Shown: in pieces, positions 19,477-29,592 of the stretch
Layout: the number at the start of each line of letters is the position of its first letter
Position numbering within the stretch: the first letter of the stretch is position 1
Source: Gemmatimonadota bacterium
GTDB taxonomy: Bacteria; Gemmatimonadota; Gemmatimonadetes; Longimicrobiales; Gaopeijiaceae
Length of the DNA: 64,000 bases
NCBI GenBank assembly: GCA_034521595.1
Contig: JAXHMG010000002.1
Span: 96,001 to 160,000 of the forward strand
Direction: 5' to 3'
Translations under genes and position numbers: made by a program
The notes under the pieces: model-generated
Told to the model about the DNA's origin: nothing
Database searches by the model: none
Seen by the model: the letters and a program-made list of their open reading frames with translations, nothing else

Positions 19477-21258
19477 ATGACCACACCCGAGTGGATCCTC
19501 GTCGGGGTGTTCGTCGGGACCATAGGCCTCATGTTCGGGACCCGGCTGAGGCCCGACGTGGTGGCGATCCTGGCGGCCTTGTCCCTGGGTCTGCTCGACA
19601 TCATCCCCGACGGCGGGGTGTTTCAGGGACTCAGCAGCACCGTCGTGCTCACGCTGATCGGTCTCTTCATCCTGGCCGAGGGACTCGAGGACACGGGCGT
19701 CATCCGGTGGGCCGCGCAGCGCCTGTCCACGCTCGGCGAAGGCGGCGACCGGCGGCTCCTGCTCACCTTGATGGGCACGGCCGCGCTCCTGTCGCTGGGG
19801 ATGAACAACGTGGCGGTCGGCGCCCTCTTCCTACCCGCCTCCATCCGTATCGCGCGATCCTCGGGGATGCCGGCCTCGAGCCTCCTCATGCCCGTCTCCT
19901 ACGCGACGCTGCTCGGAGGCATGGCCACGATCTTCACGAGCGCCAACATCATCATGAGCGACCTGCTGCTGCAGCAGGGATCCGAGCCGCTGGGAATGAT
20001 GGACTTCGTGGTTACCGGAGGCCTCGTCGCGGTCGCGGGCATCGCCTACATGCTGACGTTCGGCTACCGGCTCCTGCCCGAGCGCGAAAAGGAGATCGAG
20101 GATCCCTACGGGGACTTCTTCGGGCTGTACAAGCTCGGTGAGCGGTTCTGGGAGTTCGAAGTGCAGCAAGGCTCTCGACTGGACGGCAAGACGATCGAGG
20201 AGATCGGGTTCCGGGAGCACTTCGGCCTTTCGGTCCTGGCGATCCGGCGCCGGGCGCGAACCTTCCTGGTGCCCGGCCCGGGAATCGCGATCGTGCCGGG
20301 TGACCGCGTCGTGGTGCTGGGGCACAAGGACCGCGTCCGGGAGCTGGTCCCGTGGGGCGTGGAGCTGCGCACGGGCATCTCTCCGGGAGACCTGCAGGAA
20401 GAGCTCGAGCTCACGGAGATCGTGGTGCCCCCACGCTCACGCGCGACCGGCCGTACGCTCACCGAGCTGGAGCTGCGCACGAAATACGGGCTGACCGTGC
20501 TCGCGCTCTGGAGGGAGGGGCGCATCATCCGGACGGACGTGGGCAAGACACCGCTCGAGATCGGCGACGGGCTCCTGGTCGTGAACCTACCCCAGCGGCT
20601 GGACGCGCTCACCCGCGGAGGGGACTTCCTGCTCGTCGGCAGCTCCGGGGCCGCGCCCGAACGGCCCGAGCGCGCGCCGCTCGCCGTGGCGATCTTCGGC
20701 CTCGTGGTCGCCGTCGCGTTCACCGGCCTCCTCCCGATCGGCGAGACGGTGCTCGCCGGCGCGATGGCCATGATCCTGACGCGCTGCGTCACGATGGAGC
20801 AGGCGTACCGGTCCGTGGAGTGGCACGTGATCTTTCTGGTCGCGGGCCTGCTTCCGCTGGGCTTCGCGATGATCGATACCGGCCTGGCCGACAGGATCGC
20901 CGGAGCGTTGGGCGACTTCCTGGGGACCGGCCGGCCGCTGCTCGCCGTGGCCACGATGTTCGCCGTGAGCGCGGGAGCCACCCAGGTCATCGGCGGTCAG
21001 GTGAGCGCCCTCCTCGTGGGGCCGGTCGCGCTGGCGGTCGCGACGACCTCGGGCGTCCCGCCACAACCGATGGCCGTCGCGGTCGCGATCGGAGCATCCA
21101 CCGCCTTCATGACGCCCATGGCCCACCCCGTGAACGCCATGATGATGGGAACCGGCGGCTACCGCTCGCGTGACTTCGCCCGCGTCGGGGCGGGGATGAC
21201 CCTGGTCACGCTGGTCACGCTGCTCGCGGGCATGTGGCTCTTCTGGGGCCTGCGGTAG
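19477..21258 (+). CDS. SLC13/CitMHS-type permease with TrkA-C domains
   Basis: Many TM segments; MNNVA, FMTPMAHPVNAMMMGTGGY; two internal soluble TrkA-C-like repeats. Confidence 0.88.
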   Translation: MTTPEWILVGVFVGTIGLMFGTRLRPDVVAILAALSLGLLDIIPDGGVFQGLSSTVVLTLIGLFILAEGLEDTGVIRWAAQRLSTLGEGGDRRLLLTLMGTAALLSLGMNNVAVGALFLPASIRIARSSGMPASSLLMPVSYATLLGGMATIFTSANIIMSDLLLQQGSEPLGMMDFVVTGGLVAVAGIAYMLTFGYRLLPEREKEIEDPYGDFFGLYKLGERFWEFEVQQGSRLDGKTIEEIGFREHFGLSVLAIRRRARTFLVPGPGIAIVPGDRVVVLGHKDRVRELVPWGVELRTGISPGDLQEELELTEIVVPPRSRATGRTLTELELRTKYGLTVLALWREGRIIRTDVGKTPLEIGDGLLVVNLPQRLDALTRGGDFLLVGSSGAAPERPERAPLAVAIFGLVVAVAFTGLLPIGETVLAGAMAMILTRCVTMEQAYRSVEWHVIFLVAGLLPLGFAMIDTGLADRIAGALGDFLGTGRPLLAVATMFAVSAGATQVIGGQVSALLVGPVALAVATTSGVPPQPMAVAVAIGASTAFMTPMAHPVNAMMMGTGGYRSRDFARVGAGMTLVTLVTLLAGMWLFWGLR

Positions 21259-21261
21259 AGG

Positions 21262-21792
21262 CTACCCGCCCAGGATGTCGACGAGGAAGCGCACGCTGAG
21301 GGAGAGCGCGGCGTGCCCGTGCCACGCGCCGTCCCCGTGTAGCGCCCCGACCTGGAGGGCCGCCACGTCGGCCGCCTCCAGGAGCGCAGCGGGTCCGATG
21401 ACACCGACCGGCACGTAGGACGCGGCGAGGAGCCCGACGTAGCCCGGCACGGTCCGTCCCGTCCGGTAGAGCAGGCCCCCGTGCACGTACACCAGGGGCT
21501 CGAGGCTCCGGTCGGAGTCGGCGGGCGGAGCTCCGTTCACTCCGGCTGCGAGCATACCCGACAGGTGCCAGGCGCGGGTCGGTGCCTCGACTGGACCACC
21601 CCCGGGGCGACCCGGCAGCGGCAACGGCGGGGCGGCACCGAGGGGCCGGCGGACCTCCGCTCCGAACACGCCGCCTCCCACCTGCCCCGCCACCCAAGCC
21701 GCCTGGGCACGCCAGGACTGGGCCTCGGAAGCGGTCGGCGCCGCGAGCGTCGTGGCCACGACGGCCACCCCGAGGACGAGGCGCGTGTTCAC
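21262..21792 (-). CDS. Hypothetical secreted protein
   Basis: GTG start overlaps the upstream stop (GTGA); signal peptide ending ASEA-Q; beta-strand-like pattern. Confidence 0.6.
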   Translation of the reverse strand: MNTRLVLGVAVVATTLAAPTASEAQSWRAQAAWVAGQVGGGVFGAEVRRPLGAAPPLPLPGRPGGGPVEAPTRAWHLSGMLAAGVNGAPPADSDRSLEPLVYVHGGLLYRTGRTVPGYVGLLAASYVPVGVIGPAALLEAADVAALQVGALHGDGAWHGHAALSLSVRFLVDILGG

Positions 21793-23000
21793 GTGACGTC
21801 TCCCGCATCGACGGAGGGTGGATCCACCGAAGGCCGGGCCACCGACGGCGGTTCCACGGCGGGCGGCCCCACCTCGGGCACGCTCGGCACCTCCCCGTGG
21901 AACGAAGAGTCCGGCGGCCGGACGGGTGGCGCCGTGGGCGGCGGCGGTGCATCGGCGCGCAGGAAGCGCCGGGTGGCGTCGAGCACCTCCGGATCGTTGC
22001 AGAGGAATGCGTGCGCTTCGGGGCTTCCCGTCAGCTTCACGACGCGGTCGCCGTACGGCGGGCCACCCCATTCGAGGGTCGCACGATACGGTACGAGATT
22101 GTCCCCCTGCTCCCGTCGGGCGTACTCCTGCTCGGGCGGAAGCGCGTCTCCTTCACGCCTCACCTCGACCGGCGTGAGCTGCCGCTTACCCAACAGAGCC
22201 ATGGCCATGGTTCCCGAGCCCATTCGGGCGAACGGGCCACTCAGGAGGGTGGCCGCCTCTCGCGCGCGAAGCAGCAGGTCGCTCTGGATGCCCTGGCCGA
22301 ACCGACCCGGCCACCCCCCGTCGTGCATCAGCTGCTGCTCGTCCGAGGCCGGCTCGGCGTCCGGCCCGACCACCGCCTTCCACGCCGGTAACATCTGGTA
22401 GAGGGCGGGCCAGGTCAGCGCCATGCCGCGGGCGGCCACCCGATGTTCGGACCCCAACCCCTCACTCCCCCAAAGAAGCGCCTCGGCCGCGCGCAGGGCG
22501 CCGGCGAGCGGCGCACCCACGAGCACGACCCGAGCGACGAGCCGCGAGAACTCGTTGATATCGAAGGTGAGCTTGCTCGCCAGGATGATGACCAGGCCGC
22601 CTTGAGAGTGGCCGATCAGGTTGAACCGTCCGTCCCGGGGCTTGTTCGCCCGCATGTGCTCGAGAAGGAGCTGCGCGTTGTAGCGCACATCCATCCGCCA
22701 GTCGTAGGGCCACGGCTCGGCGAAGGAGAGCATGCGCTCGTACGGAGTGCCCACGACCGACTTCGTCGTCACCTCGGTACCGGGCTCGAGCGAGGTGCGG
22801 GTGGGCTTCCAGGAGTCCGGGCGCTGCTCGAGCGAAAGGAGTCGCTCCCACTCCTCGGGCGGTCGCCCTCCCATCTCGTCGCCGTGAAGTCCCAGACTCA
22901 CGCGCACCGCGTTGTAGACGACCGTTTCGTGTTGGTCCCAGAGCGAGGTCGCCTGGGTCCCGGGGACGAGCAGCGTGTGATCAGGCACGATGGCCTCCAA
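21789..23000 (-). CDS. Alpha/beta hydrolase (lipase/LCAT-like)
   Basis: LVPG, YDWR, GHSQGG nucleophile elbow, GDNLVP, catalytic His; Pro-rich C-terminal tail. Confidence 0.8.
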   Translation of the reverse strand: MEAIVPDHTLLVPGTQATSLWDQHETVVYNAVRVSLGLHGDEMGGRPPEEWERLLSLEQRPDSWKPTRTSLEPGTEVTTKSVVGTPYERMLSFAEPWPYDWRMDVRYNAQLLLEHMRANKPRDGRFNLIGHSQGGLVIILASKLTFDINEFSRLVARVVLVGAPLAGALRAAEALLWGSEGLGSEHRVAARGMALTWPALYQMLPAWKAVVGPDAEPASDEQQLMHDGGWPGRFGQGIQSDLLLRAREAATLLSGPFARMGSGTMAMALLGKRQLTPVEVRREGDALPPEQEYARREQGDNLVPYRATLEWGGPPYGDRVVKLTGSPEAHAFLCNDPEVLDATRRFLRADAPPPPTAPPVRPPDSSFHGEVPSVPEVGPPAVEPPSVARPSVDPPSVDAGDVT

Positions 23001-23042
23001 CGGAGGGAGTATCTCGCCGGGCGCCTCCGGGACGGACCCGGT

Positions 23043-24530
23043 TCACCGTACGCCCACCCACCCCTTCACCGAAGCGAACAATTCTTCCGCAGAGTAGCCC
23101 ACGCCGTCCTTGAAGACCAGCCGCGTGCCGCGGAACGCCGCCAGGTCCTCTGTCGGATCACCCACGAGCAGCACGAGGTCTGCACGCTTGCCGGCCTCCA
23201 CCGTTCCGATCTCGTCTTCCTGCTCCAGGTAGATGGCGCCGTTCCGTGTCGCGACCTCCACGGCCTCCTCGACCGTGAGACCCATCTCGACGAGGAGCTG
23301 GAGCGCCCGCTGGTTCGCGTACCCGGGCACCACGTCGCCCCCGCCCGTGGGATCCGTGCCCACGACCAGGTGCCCCCCGGCGTCGTAGAAGGCCTTCTCC
23401 ATGGCCATGTACCGCTCGAGCAGCGCGCCCGCCTGGTTGTCGGGCTCGTCCGCGCGCTCGAGCCGGGCCTCGACCCGCTCCCGGAGCTGCGGGAGCATGG
23501 CCTCCAATGCCCCTTCCGGCGGCGGAGGCCGGTCCGGCGCGCGCCGCTCCACCACGTTGAGCGTCGACGTGATCGCGACGTCGTGGTCGATCAGGTGATC
23601 GATCACGTCCGTGAACTCCGGACTCGCCAGGTCCAGATCGAGGTAGCTCTGACTCGCGCCACGCGGGCATTCATCGGGCTGCTTGTCCGCCACCCAATCC
23701 GTGGCCGCGAAGAAGCCGTGCTCCAGGTTGTCGATGCCGAGGTCGGCCGCCTCACGGTAGGTGATCGAGCAGAGGTGCCCCGTCACCTTGATGCCCCGGG
23801 CGTGCGCGGCCTCGATCGCGGCTCCGAGGGTGGCCCGGTCGATGAGGTTGTACGCCTTGAACGAGGTAACGCCCCGGTCGGCCCAGAAGTCCACGTGGTC
23901 GCGGGCCTCCTCGGGTGTCGACAGGGAAGGGAACGCCCAGATGAAGCCCCCCGGCCCTTCCAGGTAGGGGCCGGTCACGTCCATGTGTGGCCCCGGGATC
24001 CGGCCCGCTTCGATCTCCCGCCGGATGGACAGGTCGGTGTACGGATCGAGGCTCCCACCCGTGCGGATCGTGGTCGCGCCGCCGGCCAGATACAGCGGTG
24101 GAAACGACACCTGGTTCGTGTTGTACCGGGTCTCGCCGGACGGATAGAACATGTGCTCGTGGAGCATCACCAGGCCCGGCATCAAGGTGTGCCCCTCACC
24201 TTCGATGACCTCCGCGCCCGAGACCGAGTCCAGCTCGGCCGTCGGCGCGACACGCGCGATGCGCCCGTCACGGATCTCGACGGACATGCTCGAGCGTGCC
24301 GGCCCGCCCGTTCCGTCGATCAGCCGAACGTCGCGAATGAGCACGTGCGATGCCGAGATGGACACGAACTCCCGGACGTCCTCGGCAAGCGCCTCGTAAG
24401 GCTGAGCCGCCGTGGGTGCCGCCGTCACGGCCCAAGCGGCCACGGTCACGACCGAAATGGCCACCGCGCCGAGGGCGCCATCCCACGACGCTCTGAACCG
24501 ACCCTCCGATTTGCCGCTCATGCGCATCAC
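23043..24530 (-). CDS. Metal-dependent amidohydrolase (secreted)
   Basis: PGLVMLHEH, GHL, LEHG, GTD, GKRADLVL; start codon uncertain. Confidence 0.88.
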   Translation of the reverse strand: MMRMSGKSEGRFRASWDGALGAVAISVVTVAAWAVTAAPTAAQPYEALAEDVREFVSISASHVLIRDVRLIDGTGGPARSSMSVEIRDGRIARVAPTAELDSVSGAEVIEGEGHTLMPGLVMLHEHMFYPSGETRYNTNQVSFPPLYLAGGATTIRTGGSLDPYTDLSIRREIEAGRIPGPHMDVTGPYLEGPGGFIWAFPSLSTPEEARDHVDFWADRGVTSFKAYNLIDRATLGAAIEAAHARGIKVTGHLCSITYREAADLGIDNLEHGFFAATDWVADKQPDECPRGASQSYLDLDLASPEFTDVIDHLIDHDVAITSTLNVVERRAPDRPPPPEGALEAMLPQLRERVEARLERADEPDNQAGALLERYMAMEKAFYDAGGHLVVGTDPTGGGDVVPGYANQRALQLLVEMGLTVEEAVEVATRNGAIYLEQEDEIGTVEAGKRADLVLLVGDPTEDLAAFRGTRLVFKDGVGYSAEELFASVKGWVGVR

Positions 24531-24534
24531 ACCC

Positions 24535-24999
24535 TCAGCGCTCCGAGAACTGGAGCTCCGTCGTTACATCGATCGCCTCGTGGATGCTCAGATATACGGG
24601 ACACTTCTCCTTGTGGAAACCGTGCACGCGCTCCGCCGTCTCACGATCCTGCTCGCCCGCCTGGAGCTCGTATACGACGTGGATGCGGCGGACCACCATC
24701 ACGCCACCCTCCTTCTCCACTTCGCCACGCGCCCGAGCCTTCAACGTGCCCTCACTCGCCTTGATCCCGCGCGCCTCCAGCGCGCCTCCGAAGGTTCCGG
24801 CCAGTCAGCCGCCGGCCGCGGCGATGAGGTAATCGATCGTTGTGGTGGTCTCCTTCTCCGGCGTCACTCCGTAGTGCTCGGCGATGGCGCCATGCACCCC
24901 GAACTCCACCGGCCCGTCGTGGGCCGGCAGCCAAGCGTGACGGTAGGGGCCCGCGATGCGCTCGATCGGGATGTCTGTGCGATAGACGACTTCGGACAT
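24535..24999 (-). CDS. OsmC-family protein, probable selenoprotein (UGA=Sec at 24805-24807)
   Basis: Two same-frame ORFs joined by one TGA: YLIAAAGG-U-LAGTFGGALEARGI...HKEKCPVY; GAGGAG RBS; 154 aa when read through. Confidence 0.8.
24769..24804 (-). promoter_or_regulatory. Candidate bacterial SECIS element
   Basis: GCGCGC-UGGAG-GCGCGC hairpin whose loop begins 25 nt after the UGA, with G in loop position 2. Confidence 0.55.
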
Positions 25000-25153
25000 G
25001 ATCGGCTCCTCGTTCAAGGGCGGGCGTCCGGATCTTGCCGAGCGCCCATGGGGAAAGGGTCAGAGGCGATGGGCGACCGCGCAAGGTGACCGATCGAACC
25101 CTCGCCCGCCTCGCGAGTATCCATATTCCCGTCACACCGCTCAGGCAGAGCCC

Positions 25154-25813
25154 ATGAACGACCAAACGCGCATTTCCGAGACTCCATCCGAAGACCGCAC
25201 CCCGCCTCGGGTCGTGTTCCTCCTGGCACTGATGTTCGCGCTCGCCCCGCTCGCCGCTCCCGTTCACGCCCAGGGCGTCGACGCTGGCGACATCGACACG
25301 GGGGAGATCGAGCGGCGGATCGAGCTCATCGACCCGAAGAGCGGGCCTCCCGGAACGGTCGTGCGAGTGAACACCGAGGACATGCCCGTCATCACGCCCG
25401 TCCGGGTCGGTATGGGCGCGGCGCAAGCGGGGTTCGAGGCGTTCCAGGAGTTGCTGACCGGGCAGGAAGGCGAGTTCGACGTGACCGTGGAGGTGCCGGA
25501 TTGGGCGACGAGGGACCGGGTGCACGTCTTCATCGTGTTCGACATCTACTTCCGCCCTATCGCGCTGTCCGACGCGTTCCACGTCACGGACGAGCGAGGC
25601 TTGGTGCGACGCACGGGGCGGGTCGAGCGGCAGGACTCCGAGTGCACGCTCATGCGGGACATCGACGGCGTGGAGTATGCGCTCGTCGAAGGGGACGGCC
25701 CGGCGGCGAACCTGGAGATGGACACGACCCTCACCCTCGAGGGCCGCGTCCAAGACCGGGAGGTCTGCGGCCTCCGGAACGTGCTCGAGGTGGTGAGCGT
25801 CCAGGGGTCCTGA
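25154..25813 (+). CDS. Hypothetical secreted protein
   Basis: Signal peptide (VHA-Q); C-terminal Cys pair; coding-like codon use. Confidence 0.65.
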   Translation: MNDQTRISETPSEDRTPPRVVFLLALMFALAPLAAPVHAQGVDAGDIDTGEIERRIELIDPKSGPPGTVVRVNTEDMPVITPVRVGMGAAQAGFEAFQELLTGQEGEFDVTVEVPDWATRDRVHVFIVFDIYFRPIALSDAFHVTDERGLVRRTGRVERQDSECTLMRDIDGVEYALVEGDGPAANLEMDTTLTLEGRVQDREVCGLRNVLEVVSVQGS

Positions 25814-25828
25814 ACCGAGCCCACCCCT

Positions 25829-27541
25829 CTACAGGCTCGGCGTCCTCATGTGGAAGTCGGTCGCGTCCTGGTACGCCTTCGCGAGGCGCAGCATCTCGGC
25901 TTCCCCGTAGACCTTGCCTACGAACATGATGCCGGTCGGCGTACCGTCGGGCGCGAAGCCGTTCGGTACCGTCACGGCCGGGTGCCCGGTGAGGTTGGTG
26001 GCCCCGTTGTTGGGGCTTCCGCCGTGCGGCGCGACGTAGACGTCGAGATCGGCCATGGCCTCGGCCATGTTCTGCATGAGCAGGGTGCGCCGCCGGTTCA
26101 TCTGCACGTACTCGACGGCCGGCAGCAGGCGCGCGACCCGCATCAGCATGTCCTCGGGCTCGTTCCGGTCCTGGATGAGCAGGTCGACCCGCCCGCTCTG
26201 GATGAGCTCGTCGAACGCCGCGGCCTCGTCCACCAGGAGCATCTGGAGGGCGTCCATGTCCGCGTGCTCGGGGAGCTCGAACGGGTGGAGCTCGACGCCC
26301 AACCTTCGGAGCACGTCCAGGGTCGCGAGGTCGTTCGCACGCGCCGCGTCTCCGTCGTCACCTCCGCGGGACGTCTCGAACGCTTCGGCCAGGTATCCCG
26401 CGCGGATCCCGGCCAGCGGCAGGTCCGCGTCCCAGTTGAAGGGCCGGTCGGCCACGGCGAGGTCGCGGAGATCCGGGCCGCGAATGGCCTCGAACACCAG
26501 CGCGCAATCTTCCACGGACCGGCACAGCGGGCCGACCTTGTCGAGGCTCCAGCTGACCGGCATGACGCCGTGACGGCTCACCCGGCCGAAGGTGGGCCGC
26601 AGTCCCGTCACACCGCACGTCCGGGCGGGTCCCACGATGGACCCGAGGGTCTCGGTCCCGATCGAGAAGCCGACGAGCCCGGCCGCCGTGGCCGCGGCCG
26701 GACCGGCGGACGATCCCCCCGAGCCCTGCTCCGGGTCCCACGGATTGCGGGTCCGACCGCCGAACCAGCGGTCCCCGCGGGCGATCTCGCCGGTCGCGAG
26801 CTTCGCGACGAGGACGGCGCCGGCATCGGCCAACCGCCCGACGACGGTGGCGTCGTAGTCGAGGACCTGGTCGCGGTAGGCTTCCGAGCCCCACGTGGTG
26901 CGGTAGCCCCGCTTGGCCAGAATGTCCTTCGCACCCCAGGGGATCCCGTGAAGCGGCCCGCGGTAACGACCGGCCGCGAGCTCACGGTCCGCCCGCTCCG
27001 CTTCCTCCATCGCCAACTCGTCCGTGAACGAGACGACGCATTCGAGCACGCGGTCGTACCGCCGGAGCCGGTCGAGATACATCCGGGTCAGCTCGACGGA
27101 CGTGACCTCGCCCCGGGAGACGAGGGCCGCGAGGTGGGTGATCGGCCAGAACGCCACCTCCTCCAGATCCGCCGGGCGCCGGACGGACGGCGGAGGCGAG
27201 GGACGGAAGGGCCGGCGCTCCTCGTCGAGCCGCTGGCCGGCGACCACCGGGCTGAAGAGCAGCGGCGGCGCCACGTTCTGGTCGATCGGCACCTCACGGA
27301 GCTCCCGGTAGAGCTCGAGGTTCCCCTGCAACGCCTCGACCATCTCCTCGCGGTCCTCCAGGGAAAACTCGAGCCCCGCGAGGCTCGCGGCGTGCTCCAC
27401 CATCTCGGGGGTGATCGCCTCCTGCCCGCCGTCCGACTCGGCCCACAGCACGCCGGGGAAGAGCGTGGAACCGAGACCGAGGCTCCCGCAGTAGGCGAGG
27501 AAGGCACGACGGTGGAGGGGTTCGGACGTCGGAGAGGACAC
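25829..27541 (-). CDS. TAT-exported amidase
   Basis: RRAFL TAT motif; GPLHGIPWGAKD, GSGGSSAG, GTETLGSI; GTG start after AGGAG. Confidence 0.9.
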   Translation of the reverse strand: MSSPTSEPLHRRAFLAYCGSLGLGSTLFPGVLWAESDGGQEAITPEMVEHAASLAGLEFSLEDREEMVEALQGNLELYRELREVPIDQNVAPPLLFSPVVAGQRLDEERRPFRPSPPPSVRRPADLEEVAFWPITHLAALVSRGEVTSVELTRMYLDRLRRYDRVLECVVSFTDELAMEEAERADRELAAGRYRGPLHGIPWGAKDILAKRGYRTTWGSEAYRDQVLDYDATVVGRLADAGAVLVAKLATGEIARGDRWFGGRTRNPWDPEQGSGGSSAGPAAATAAGLVGFSIGTETLGSIVGPARTCGVTGLRPTFGRVSRHGVMPVSWSLDKVGPLCRSVEDCALVFEAIRGPDLRDLAVADRPFNWDADLPLAGIRAGYLAEAFETSRGGDDGDAARANDLATLDVLRRLGVELHPFELPEHADMDALQMLLVDEAAAFDELIQSGRVDLLIQDRNEPEDMLMRVARLLPAVEYVQMNRRRTLLMQNMAEAMADLDVYVAPHGGSPNNGATNLTGHPAVTVPNGFAPDGTPTGIMFVGKVYGEAEMLRLAKAYQDATDFHMRTPSL

Positions 27542-27625
27542 GAGCGGGCTCCTGGTGGGGATGGACGCGGCCAACGTGGGATGGTGTGAGACACGGAACA
27601 AGAGCGCGTGGGAAGACGACGGCCC

Positions 27626-27644
27626 GCAGCCCGTGGTAGATTGG
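27626..27644 (+). repeat. Copy of MITE-end motif (left orientation)
   Basis: GCAGCCCGTGGTAGATTGG; first 14 nt are the exact reverse complement of 30565-30578. Confidence 0.6.
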
Positions 27645-27691
27645 AAGAGGACGCATCGTCTCGCACATCTTCGCGCAGGGAGCTCGACCCG

Positions 27692-28018
27692 ATGGACCAC
27701 CCCACCCCCTTTCGTCCGGAGCAGCACGCCGTGTTCGACCCGGAGCGCATGGGCAAGAGCACGCTCTTCCGATCCGAGCGCGTCCTCGTGGGGCTGAACG
27801 CATTCGAGCCGGGTCAGGAGCACCGACTTCACGCCCACGAGGGCATGGACAAGGTCTACCACGTGCTCGAGGGCTCGGGCGCCTTTCTGCTCGCGGACCG
27901 CGAGGAACCGATGGACGCGGGTACCATGCTGGTCGCACCGGAGGGCGTCGCCCACGGCATACGGAATACCGGCGAGGATCGCCTCGTCGTGCTCGCGGTG
28001 TTGGCTCCCGCACCGTGA
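27692..28018 (+). CDS. Cupin domain protein
   Basis: HAHEGMDKVYHVLEG and PEGVAHGIRN cupin motifs. Confidence 0.9.
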   Translation: MDHPTPFRPEQHAVFDPERMGKSTLFRSERVLVGLNAFEPGQEHRLHAHEGMDKVYHVLEGSGAFLLADREEPMDAGTMLVAPEGVAHGIRNTGEDRLVVLAVLAPAP

Positions 28019-28064
28019 CCCTCGGACCCGAGCCCCGTCTCGACGCCATCCGAAGGAGACTCGC

Positions 28065-29588
28065 ATGATGGACCGCAGGCACTTCCTCTCCCTCGCCGCC
28101 ACGGCGGGATCCGCGCTCGGCCTTCCCCGAGCCCTGCGGGGGGCGCCCCCTTTCCGAACGGCCGAATCCCTGGCGGGGCTCGCTCCGGTGGGCGGACAGG
28201 AACGCCGCTATCCGCTCCGCCGAATGCCCGACGTGCGAGGCGAGCGGCTCACGCTCACCGCGGGCACGTCGGACGCGGACCTCGGTCCGGGCACATCGGC
28301 GGCCTGGACGCTCAACGGACGGCACCCCGCTCCCACCATCCACCTGAGCCGGGGAGCAAACGCCCAAATCGTTCTCGAGAACGAGCTTCCGGAGCCCACG
28401 ATCCTGCACTGGCACGGCCTCGACGTGCCCGAGGCCGCGGACGGGCACCCTCGGCTCGCCATCGGCCCGGGAGAGAGCTACCACTACGACTTCACGGTGC
28501 GAGACAGGGCGGGGCTCTACTGGTACCATCCGCACACGCACGAGCGGACGGCCCCGCAGACCTACCAGGGGATGGCGGGCCTCCTCGTGGTGGAAGACGA
28601 AGAGGAGGCCTCGCTCGGCCTCCCGGACGGCGAGCACGAGCTGCCGCTCATCCTTCAGGACAAGCGCCTCGGCGACGGAACGTCGCTGGCATACCGACCG
28701 TCGATGGGTCCGGACCGGATGCTGGGCTATCTCGGCGACACCCCGGTCGCGAACGGGATCGCGCACGCGACCACGACCGTGCGACGGGGCCGCTACCGGC
28801 TCCGGCTCCTGAACGCGTCCAACGCGCGGATCTTCAACCTGGGGCTGAGCTCCGGCGCTCCACTCACCCTGGTGGGCACCGACGGCGGGTTGCTCGAGCG
28901 TCCGATCGGGGTCGACCGGATCCTGCTGGGCACGGGTGAGCGGGCGGACGTCCTGGTCGATTTTTCCCACCTCGAGCCCGGAGAGCGGGTCTTTCTCCGT
29001 TCGTTCGAGTTCCGCGTTCCGGGGATGATGGGGATGGGACGTGGCATGATGGGGGGAAGAGGGATGGGCCCCGGCGGCCGTGGCCGGAGCGTCCCTCCTC
29101 AGGGCGCGGCGATGGATCTCCTCGAGCTCGTGGCTTCCGACGCCCCCGTGGAAGCCCCGCCTGAGCCGCTTCCGGAGCGGCTCTCCACCATCGCTCCGCC
29201 GAACGTCGACGGGAGCACCCCTCGCCGCACCTTTCGCTTCGACAGCCGAATGATGCGCCATACGATCAACGGCCGAAGCTTCGGGATGGAGCGCGTCGAT
29301 CTGCGCATCCCGCGCGGGCGAACCGAGATCTGGGCCATCGAGAACGGGAGCGCCCTCCCTCACCCCGTGCACATCCACGTGGGCCAGTTCCACGTCCTCT
29401 CCCGCTCCGGGGGCCGCGCACGGATCATGCCGTGGGAAACCGGGTTGAAGGATACGGTGCTCGTGTTCCCGAGCGAACGGGTGGAAGTCGCCGTACGCTT
29501 CGAGGAGCATCCCGGACTCTTCCTCATGCACTGCCACAACTTGGAGCACGAAGACATGGGGATGATGCTCAACTTCGAGGTGGAATGA
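28065..29588 (+). CDS. TAT-exported multicopper oxidase (CueO/CotA-like)
   Basis: RRHFL TAT motif; HWHG, WYHPH, HPVHIH, HCHNLEHEDMGMM copper motifs; Met/Gly-rich loop. Confidence 0.95.
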   Translation: MMDRRHFLSLAATAGSALGLPRALRGAPPFRTAESLAGLAPVGGQERRYPLRRMPDVRGERLTLTAGTSDADLGPGTSAAWTLNGRHPAPTIHLSRGANAQIVLENELPEPTILHWHGLDVPEAADGHPRLAIGPGESYHYDFTVRDRAGLYWYHPHTHERTAPQTYQGMAGLLVVEDEEEASLGLPDGEHELPLILQDKRLGDGTSLAYRPSMGPDRMLGYLGDTPVANGIAHATTTVRRGRYRLRLLNASNARIFNLGLSSGAPLTLVGTDGGLLERPIGVDRILLGTGERADVLVDFSHLEPGERVFLRSFEFRVPGMMGMGRGMMGGRGMGPGGRGRSVPPQGAAMDLLELVASDAPVEAPPEPLPERLSTIAPPNVDGSTPRRTFRFDSRMMRHTINGRSFGMERVDLRIPRGRTEIWAIENGSALPHPVHIHVGQFHVLSRSGGRARIMPWETGLKDTVLVFPSERVEVAVRFEEHPGLFLMHCHNLEHEDMGMMLNFEVE

Positions 29589-29592
29589 AGGC

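Noticed and set aside
21795-21950. Pro/Ser/Val quasi-repeats (PSV...) at the hydrolase C-terminus as a repeat array
   Set aside because: Degenerate low-complexity coding tail; no repeat-spacer structure.
24535-24744. 69-aa and 70-aa ORFs (24535-24744 and 24805-25017) as two separate genes
   Set aside because: They are in the same frame and form one OsmC-like protein across a single TGA.
22443-24764. Long antisense/alternate-frame ORFs (e.g. 773 aa here, also 27294-29594 and 58646-60178)
   Set aside because: Shadow ORFs typical of high-GC DNA; they lie opposite well-supported genes and have no motifs.
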